Shown: positions 14,911 to 20,000 of the stretch, in pieces
How positions within the stretch are numbered: position 1 is the first letter of the stretch
How the letters are laid out: every line of letters starts with the position of its first letter
DNA from: an uncultured virus (IMG/VR IMGVR_UViG_3300044825_003036)
Lineage: Duplodnaviria > Heunggongvirae > Uroviricota > Caudoviricetes
IMG/VR virus record: IMGVR_UViG_3300044825_003036
Length of the DNA stretch: 20,000 nucleotides
Strand: one strand, 5' to 3'
Notes under the pieces: generated by a model
Seen by the model: only the letters and a program-made list of their open reading frames with translations
The model's database searches: none
Told to the model about the DNA's origin: nothing
Program-made: the position numbers and the translations under genes

Positions 14911-15224
14911 ACGCGACGATGTGGCGCGTGATTCGAGACTTGGCGCTCGTGGTCTGCTTGCAAGGGAGCAACAAGCGCCCCAGCGATCTGACGACGCAGG
15001 CACAGAACGAGCTGCTGACCCCGTTCATTTCGACGCTGGTGGGAGCCCACGGCATGCTTCGAGAGTGTGGGCAGCAGTATGTCCTGCTTGGGTTGCGAGA
15101 GGTGCACCAACGCCTCCACGGTCAGCCCGGCGTGGACCACGAAATGCTCGATCAGACGCTGGAGTTTCACAGCAACCAGAACGGCGCGGAGTACGAGGAC
15201 GAGCCGTATATTTTGGAGAAATGA
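14817..15224 (+). CDS. Hypothetical protein
   Basis: MSERSKAG... ORF with plausible helical composition and an acidic C-terminus. Confidence 0.65.
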   Translation: MSERSKAGDQTSSGSNGAQGEDPEPTPQERIDATMWRVIRDLALVVCLQGSNKRPSDLTTQAQNELLTPFISTLVGAHGMLRECGQQYVLLGLREVHQRLHGQPGVDHEMLDQTLEFHSNQNGAEYEDEPYILEK

Positions 15225-15232
15225 GGACAAGG

Positions 15233-15988
15233 ATGAAAAGGATTAGCTTGTTTTTACTGCTGTTTTTGGCAGCGGCGACACCGGCCCCAGTGGCGCCGGA
15301 GTGGACGGCTGTGCACGCTGTGGTTCATGGGTTCGCTCGGTCCAATTCGGACCTGAAAGAGGACACTGCAGATCTGGCAGAGGCGCGCCGCAACGTCACC
15401 AACGCAGTGTTTGCCGCCACCGCGGTCACGACTGAGCGCGCCGCGCTGTTGGCTGCTGGCCACGCTGAAACGCTTTTCGCTCTGCGCCTCGGGCTCGATG
15501 AGTGTCGGCCAGGGGAATGTGACGATGGCCTAGCTCGTGGTTACTGGCAGGTGCACGAGCCGCTTTGCCCTGACGCTTGGGCGATGGACCCCGGCGCCGA
15601 GCGCGCGAAGCTGGAGGCCGTTTGCGCGCTCCGGTTCCTGCGCTACAAGGCTGGTCAGTGCGGCTCACTCAAAGCGGCCGTGTCTGGCTTTACGGGGGAT
15701 TGCCGCCCAAGGGACCGAGCGATTCGGGATCGAGCCTATGAGGTGGCGCTGGATGTGCTGACGCGTGGGGAGTGGCCGGCGGCGCCGCAGTTCGCCAAGC
15801 CAGCGGGCGACGTGCCTCGGGCGGTGATCGCTCGTGGGGTCGAGTTGACCAAGCGGCTTTCCATGGGCGATACGGTGGTGGTGGACGAGACGTTCGGCGC
15901 GATGGTCGACTGGCACTGGCACGATCCATCGGGGGAGCATCGCCCCAAGGGCTGGCATCGAGGCGTCACGTTCTACCGGCACCCCTAG
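15233..15988 (+). CDS. Signal-peptide-bearing lysozyme/lytic-transglycosylase-like protein with a His/Trp-rich C-terminal domain
   Basis: AGGACAAG RBS and an MKRISLFLLLFLAAA signal peptide. AALLAAGHAET supplies a Glu at a helix end, and DDGLARGYWQVH resembles the SLT GxMQ motif. Several Cys. Confidence 0.6.
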   Translation: MKRISLFLLLFLAAATPAPVAPEWTAVHAVVHGFARSNSDLKEDTADLAEARRNVTNAVFAATAVTTERAALLAAGHAETLFALRLGLDECRPGECDDGLARGYWQVHEPLCPDAWAMDPGAERAKLEAVCALRFLRYKAGQCGSLKAAVSGFTGDCRPRDRAIRDRAYEVALDVLTRGEWPAAPQFAKPAGDVPRAVIARGVELTKRLSMGDTVVVDETFGAMVDWHWHDPSGEHRPKGWHRGVTFYRHP

Positions 15989-16551
15989 TGTATGTCTTGG
16001 ATGTGCCACAACCCCGCGCGGCGGCGTTGATTGCGGGACAGTTGGAGGCCTTGGATTTCTACCGAGCGCCTCCAGCTGACGTTTTGGGTCGGCGAGTAGC
16101 AATCCGAGCTGGCGAGATGGTTAGTTTCGATCTGTGGGCGTTGCGAGTGGGGGCCAAAGTGACCTGGGGCCCAAAGCAGACGTTTGGGCGGGGGATTGTT
16201 GGCACAGCCGTCATAGAAGGGTGGGTCGAGTGGGAGCGCGGCGAGATCGTGAGGCAGACCAGGCCGGGGAATAGTCGGCCTTTCCGCAAGCCTCGGGGTG
16301 TGTGCGGACCGTTCTCGTGGATCTTGCGGCACGCGTCGCTTTCAGGCGCGCCGCCTGGGCCTGATTTGGTGCCGCTTCGCGCTGGATATTGGGACTTGCC
16401 AGAGGTGCAAGAGCACCTGCTATGCTACGCTGAGCGCTATGGGGTGTCAGGACTGGCACCCGATCTGCTGGCGAAGCTGGAGCAGCTGAGGGCGGAACGA
16501 AAGGACAAGACGAATGAAGACGGCAGTCCCCAAAGAGGGGGTTTGGTTTGA
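15988..16551 (+). CDS. ASCH/PUA-like domain protein (divergent)
   Basis: TAGTG-coupled start. VLDVPQPRAAALIAG, GRRVAIRAG, GIVGTAVI, GPFSWIL and GYWDL follow the phage ASCH layout. Confidence 0.7.
   Translation: MYVLDVPQPRAAALIAGQLEALDFYRAPPADVLGRRVAIRAGEMVSFDLWALRVGAKVTWGPKQTFGRGIVGTAVIEGWVEWERGEIVRQTRPGNSRPFRKPRGVCGPFSWILRHASLSGAPPGPDLVPLRAGYWDLPEVQEHLLCYAERYGVSGLAPDLLAKLEQLRAERKDKTNEDGSPQRGGLV
16482..16509 (+). promoter_or_regulatory. ACGAAAGGACAAG leader/RBS element, copy 6 (weak hairpin)
   Basis: GCAGCTGAGGGCGG-AACGAAAGGACAAG before ATG 16514. It resembles copy 2 but lies inside the upstream CDS, and the stem is degraded. Confidence 0.7.
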
Positions 16552-16825
16552 TTGTGAAACTGACGCGGAAGGGAGCCTCCGAACGTACTGGAAGGGCGGG
16601 GTGGTTGTGCTGCGGATCGCGGTCAAGCGAGCCAGGGACCATTTGGGTTGGGCGGTTCTGATTGCTTGGGTTGGGCCTGAGAAGGCTCACACCCACGAGT
16701 CGGGCCCGTTCATCCAGCGCGAGACGGCGGAAGCTGTGGCTATCGCGGCGGGGATTGGTGTTCAGGTAGTGATGCCAGCTCGGCACGTATCGACGATCCC
16801 AGCGACGGGCATCAGTGGGGATTGA
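16514..16825 (+). CDS. Hypothetical protein
   Basis: Preceded by the leader element; TGATG coupling to the next gene. Confidence 0.7.
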   Translation: MKTAVPKEGVWFDCETDAEGSLRTYWKGGVVVLRIAVKRARDHLGWAVLIAWVGPEKAHTHESGPFIQRETAEAVAIAAGIGVQVVMPARHVSTIPATGISGD

Positions 16826-17073
16826 TGAGCGAGCTAACAGCAGCGCCGGAAGATGCGGCGCCAGAGACCTACATTCTGAGCGACGAGGAGCACTTGCGCT
16901 GCCTGATCGCTGGCGCAGCCCAGTTGGGGTTGGTGCCGGCTGAACGGTTGGCGCGAGTAAGCCGGGCTCGGTTCGAGCAGGTGGCCAACGGGGCAGTGTT
17001 GGCGCTCTGGGTTCGGCCGGCTCCAGTTGAACCGCGAGCACCACGCCCAAAGCGGAAGCGGAACACCCAATGA
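16825..17073 (+). CDS. Hypothetical protein
   Basis: Coupled at both ends (TGATG, ATGA); basic C-terminus. Confidence 0.65.
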   Translation: MSELTAAPEDAAPETYILSDEEHLRCLIAGAAQLGLVPAERLARVSRARFEQVANGAVLALWVRPAPVEPRAPRPKRKRNTQ

Positions 17074-17363
17074 TCGAGCCCCAGCGGTCGGAGCCATACC
17101 TGACGTTCATTCGTCAACTGCCGTGCTTGTTCTGCAAGCGTGCACCTGGCGGGCAGGCCCATCACGAGGGCAAGCGGCAAGGCGGCGGGGTGTCGCTCAA
17201 GGGCTGCGACTTCCACACGGTGCCGCTGTGCGCTGGCTGTCATGCGGAGTACCACCAACGAGCTCGGATCCAATTCTGGTCGGTCGAGGAGACTCAGCGG
17301 CGTTTCGCGCGCTCAATCGAGCGGACAATGAAGCGCTGGAGGACAGAGCATGGCAGCGCGTAA
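17070..17363 (+). CDS. DUF968-like His-Me finger (HNH-like) Zn nuclease
   Basis: RSEPYLTFIRQLPCLFC...AHH...GVSLKGCDFHTVPLCAGCHAEYH is typical of the phage DUF968/Ref-like family. Confidence 0.85.
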   Translation: MIEPQRSEPYLTFIRQLPCLFCKRAPGGQAHHEGKRQGGGVSLKGCDFHTVPLCAGCHAEYHQRARIQFWSVEETQRRFARSIERTMKRWRTEHGSA

Positions 17364-17850
17364 GAAGAAAATGTCCAAGCGGGAGCAGCTCCTGGCTCGG
17401 CACGTCGCGATCCGTCTGCTCGCTTCGATGGCGGAGGACGATGAGGTGATCGAGGCGCTGGTCAAGCAATACAACATCCAGGACGCGCTAGCGAAACGGA
17501 TCGTGGTGTCGGCCTGGGACGAAATTATCAGCGCGGACGACGGTATGGTGACGAGCCAAAAGAAGGGGCTCCTGCTGATGGCGACCCGAGAACACTACCG
17601 CCGCTGCCTGGAGGCGAAAGACCTAGCGCAGGGGACGGCGTCGCTCCGGCTCTTGGCGCGGCTGTTCGGCGTGGACAAGAGCGATCCAACGTCGATCGAC
17701 CCATCGCAACCAGCGAAGGACGAGTTCGCGGGACGGAGCCCCGCAGATCTGCGGTTCTACGCTCAAAACGGCCATTTCCCGGAGGAGGCACGGGCCCCTC
17801 AGGCTAAGAAGTCAACGAAAACGGAGGACCCCCTTTCGGGGCTACACTGA
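17350..17850 (+). CDS. Helical phage protein, possibly terminase small subunit-like
   Basis: N-terminal HTH-like segment, then YRRCLEAKDL...SLRLLARLFGVD, reminiscent of small-terminase-like helical proteins. No large terminase is adjacent. Confidence 0.45.
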   Translation: MAARKKKMSKREQLLARHVAIRLLASMAEDDEVIEALVKQYNIQDALAKRIVVSAWDEIISADDGMVTSQKKGLLLMATREHYRRCLEAKDLAQGTASLRLLARLFGVDKSDPTSIDPSQPAKDEFAGRSPADLRFYAQNGHFPEEARAPQAKKSTKTEDPLSGLH

Positions 17851-17853
17851 CCA

Positions 17854-18216
17854 ATGAACGAAGTCGCTACAGACCAACACGGCCGCCCGCTGCTCAAGGG
17901 GCTGGCAAAAAAACTGATCGTCCTAGAACGCCGTCGGGAGTTCCTGTTGGAGTCGCTGGATCGTCGGACCGGGCCCGGCGGAAACAAGGGCCGGCAGTTT
18001 GCCGAGCAGGAGGCGGACGCGCTGGGCACCGCGATTGTGGCGCTAAGATACCACCTTGCTGTAATCGAGGGGCTCGACACTCCCATTTCTGTGTTGCGGG
18101 AGGTGGTTACTGCCTACGACGGACCACCAAACGGAGAAGCGAAGTTGCGCGCGGCGGTGCGTCGCGGTAGGGCTGTCGTGGACGAGTTCGAGGCTCTTAC
18201 GAGGACGACGGCATGA
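17854..18216 (+). CDS. Hypothetical protein
   Basis: 120-aa helical ORF with ATGA overlap downstream. Confidence 0.7.
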   Translation: MNEVATDQHGRPLLKGLAKKLIVLERRREFLLESLDRRTGPGGNKGRQFAEQEADALGTAIVALRYHLAVIEGLDTPISVLREVVTAYDGPPNGEAKLRAAVRRGRAVVDEFEALTRTTA

Positions 18217-18371
18217 CTCAACGACGGCGCGCAGTGGTGGTGGAGTTCCCCAACGGGGTCGAGACGAAACCCACGTTGCAGCGCCGACGACGTCAGTCGG
18301 GGGTGGTGGCTGTTACGTGGCAGAAAAGAAAAAGGGGGCCGACAGAAAGTTTCCCTTTGCTGCGCGGATGA
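18213..18371 (+). CDS. 52-aa Arg/Lys-rich hypothetical protein (not in ORF track)
   Basis: ATGA-coupled start; MTQRRRAVVVEFPNGVETKPTLQRRRRQSGVVAVTWQKRKRGPTESFPLLRG. Confidence 0.45.
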   Translation: MTQRRRAVVVEFPNGVETKPTLQRRRRQSGVVAVTWQKRKRGPTESFPLLRG

Positions 18372-18413
18372 CCAGAGCTAGGTTTGCGGTGGGCTAGGGC
18401 CCGAACGAAAGGG
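18346..18413 (+). promoter_or_regulatory. Putative promoter followed by a variant hairpin + ACGAAAGG element (copy 7)
   Basis: AAAGTTTCCC, then TTGCTG (18357-18362)-16-TAGGTT (18379-18384), then GGGC-TAGG-GCCC-GA-ACGAAAGGG (18391-18413). Confidence 0.55.
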
Positions 18414-18453
18414 TTAGTGGGATGTTGACGAGAAAAACCCAAAAGGTGGGTCT

Positions 18454-18627
18454 GTGAAGTGCCTGTTTTGCAGGCAGTGGTTTGAGTTGTCGTCGCTGCC
18501 AGACCCGCGGATCGCTTGTTGTGCGCGCTGTGGGCAGCAAACCACGCGGAGCGAGCAGCGCGATACGGTGCAGATCCCAGCGTCGCTACAGCGGGCGCTG
18601 GTAGCCGCTAGTCGGGGTGCACAGTGA
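18454..18627 (+). CDS. 57-aa Zn-ribbon protein (not in ORF track)
   Basis: GTG start; MKCLFCRQWFEL...ACCARCGQ has two CxxC pairs. The TGA overlaps the ATG of the LexA-like gene. Confidence 0.65.
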   Translation: MKCLFCRQWFELSSLPDPRIACCARCGQQTTRSEQRDTVQIPASLQRALVAASRGAQ

Positions 18628-19109
18628 TGGCCGACACGCGCAAGCCGCCGAGCCGCCGACAAGGCGACGCGCTCAAGGTGATCCGCACCTACGTGGCGGA
18701 GCGGGGCATGCCGCCCACGTTGCGTGAGCTTGGGCAGGCACTAGAGATCCGCTCGACGCAAGGCGTGTCTTGCCTGCTGGATGGTCTGATCCGCAAGGGC
18801 TGGCTCCGTAAGGACGAGATGAAGTCCCGCGGGTTGCAGCTCGTGAACGAAGCTGGCGAGATCGAGCCGGGCGGCATGGCATCAGCCGTGATGGTGCAGC
18901 CGGTGGCCAAGTGGCTGGACTTTCGCGACAGCCCGCCGATTGGGCTGTCGATCTGCTTGCGCGCCCCGGCGAAAGACAGTCGGTTCCTGCTGGGCGGCAT
19001 TCGTCGAGGGGCTTACGACTACATTCTGGTGGTCGCGGGCTCTCGGCGGATGCTGTACCTGATGGGGCTTGGCTTCAACGAGTGGAGCTCAGTGGAGGGC
19101 TTCCTATGA
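18627..19109 (+). CDS. LexA-like winged-HTH DNA-binding protein lacking the S24 peptidase domain
   Basis: RRQGDALKVIRTYVAERGMPPTLRELGQALEIRSTQGV..LDGLIRKGWL...KSRGLQL matches the LexA N-terminal domain. The C-terminal half looks unrelated to LexA. Confidence 0.85.
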   Translation: MADTRKPPSRRQGDALKVIRTYVAERGMPPTLRELGQALEIRSTQGVSCLLDGLIRKGWLRKDEMKSRGLQLVNEAGEIEPGGMASAVMVQPVAKWLDFRDSPPIGLSICLRAPAKDSRFLLGGIRRGAYDYILVVAGSRRMLYLMGLGFNEWSSVEGFL

Positions 19110-19300
19110 GCCGAGTTGATGTGGTGTGCGTGGCGGCGTGCGTAATCGTCGTGGCGATTGTTTTGGGCTGGCTCATTCAAAAGAGTGAGGAATGCGAGCA
19201 GCGGCGATGCCCAGGAGCTCAGCATGCGGAGTTGTTAGGTGGCTGGCGCGCGCGCGAGTGGCGCTGCCTTTGCGTCCAAGAACCGGAGGCCAGCCCGTGA
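19106..19300 (+). CDS. Small membrane-anchored Cys-rich protein
   Basis: ATGA-coupled; N-terminal hydrophobic helix followed by CEQRRC...CLC. Confidence 0.65.
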   Translation: MSRVDVVCVAACVIVVAIVLGWLIQKSEECEQRRCPGAQHAELLGGWRAREWRCLCVQEPEASP

Positions 19301-19509
19301 TCCATGGGTTCCTTGGTCGCAAGCTGTCCATCGGGCGGCGCGCTTCCGTTACGGTGGACGGCGTGAGGTATTCGCTGCTGGTCACGGATGAACCGGATAA
19401 CGGATTCGTTGGCGTTCCGTGGGCGAAGGTCTGGAGGATCGAAAGCATCCCGGGAAGGGATTCGTTTGAATCCGCGAAGTTAACAACCGGAGAATTTAAC
19501 GAGCCATGA
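19297..19509 (+). CDS. Small hypothetical protein
   Basis: GTGA and ATGA overlaps, with GGAGG upstream of GTG 19297. Confidence 0.6.
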   Translation: MIHGFLGRKLSIGRRASVTVDGVRYSLLVTDEPDNGFVGVPWAKVWRIESIPGRDSFESAKLTTGEFNEP

Positions 19510-19739
19510 AACTCTGCATCCACGTAAGACCGCGAGATGACAACCAAGGTTGGGCCGTTGACGTGTTCGACGGACGCCACGCTTGGGCCAAAACCCACCT
19601 CGGAGAGAGTCCTTTGAGCAAGGTCGAGGCTCACAGGCTGGCTCACAAACTCCGCGACCCGAAATTTTACACCGCGCGAACGAAGCGCGCGGTTAACAGC
19701 CTGACCGTCGAGCGCGGGCCGAAGGGTGGTGCCGCATGA
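19506..19739 (+). CDS. Small hypothetical protein
   Basis: ATGA overlaps at both ends; ends in KGGAA, which carries the next gene's RBS. Confidence 0.65.
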   Translation: MKLCIHVRPRDDNQGWAVDVFDGRHAWAKTHLGESPLSKVEAHRLAHKLRDPKFYTARTKRAVNSLTVERGPKGGAA

Positions 19740-19993
19740 GTAGCCACGGACACGACGAGTTGCGCCGGTGGCGAGAGCAAGGACGGGCTCCGGCCGGTAG
19801 TTGCCCGTTTTGCGCATCGCGTATCTGCGTGATCGAGCGCGATGGCGTCTTTGTGGCTCGATGCTCGCACAGGGGATGTGGGGCAAGAGGGCCGAGGCAC
19901 CATGACCTGACTCGTGCATGTGATCTCTTTTGCTGCCCCCCACAGCGAACGGCCGGCGGCATGGGTGGCCCCGATGTCGGAGGTGCGCTGTGA
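19736..19993 (+). CDS. Lar (restriction alleviation)-like Zn-finger protein
   Basis: CPFCAS...FVARCSHRGCGARGP matches the Lar-family pattern CPFCG...V.C..CGA.GP. Confidence 0.6.
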   Translation: MSSHGHDELRRWREQGRAPAGSCPFCASRICVIERDGVFVARCSHRGCGARGPRHHDLTRACDLFCCPPQRTAGGMGGPDVGGAL

Positions 19994-20000
19994 CCGACGA

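Noticed and set aside
2308..16509. Repeats read as a CRISPR array or as att/IS ends
   Set aside because: The copies are dispersed kilobases apart, always just before start codons, with no regular spacers, cas operon, transposase or integrase. The Cas4-like nuclease sits in a recombination context.

Overview
GC-rich phage or prophage early/middle region. All plausible genes lie on the + strand and many are coupled by stop/start overlaps (ATGA, GTGA, TGATG, TAGTG); no structural genes or integrase are seen. In order: a 5'-truncated DNA amino-methyltransferase; a ~1.1 kb non-coding, highly base-paired region (1161-2340) containing an atypical initiator-like tRNA(CAT); small early ORFs; a DUF6744/DUF3150-like gene; an XRE-type HTH regulator; a MoxR/RavA-type AAA+ ATPase with a VWA partner; a recombination module (Fe-S-type PD-(D/E)XK nuclease, Sak4-like AAA_24 NTPase, SSB-like protein); a replication-protein-like ORF; and RuvC-like, lytic-transglycosylase-like, ASCH-like, DUF968-like, LexA-N-terminal and Lar-like genes. 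The most notable signals are non-coding: (i) a chain of mutually exclusive helices ending in an intrinsic terminator upstream of the tRNA, which looks like an attenuator or riboswitch; (ii) a second ~210-nt multibranch RNA domain just after the tRNA; (iii) a hairpin plus ACGAAAGGACAAG leader repeated 6-7 times in front of genes, with compensatory stem changes; (iv) a repeated promoter/operator-like motif. Family assignments come from recognising motifs by eye; no searches or folding programs were run.
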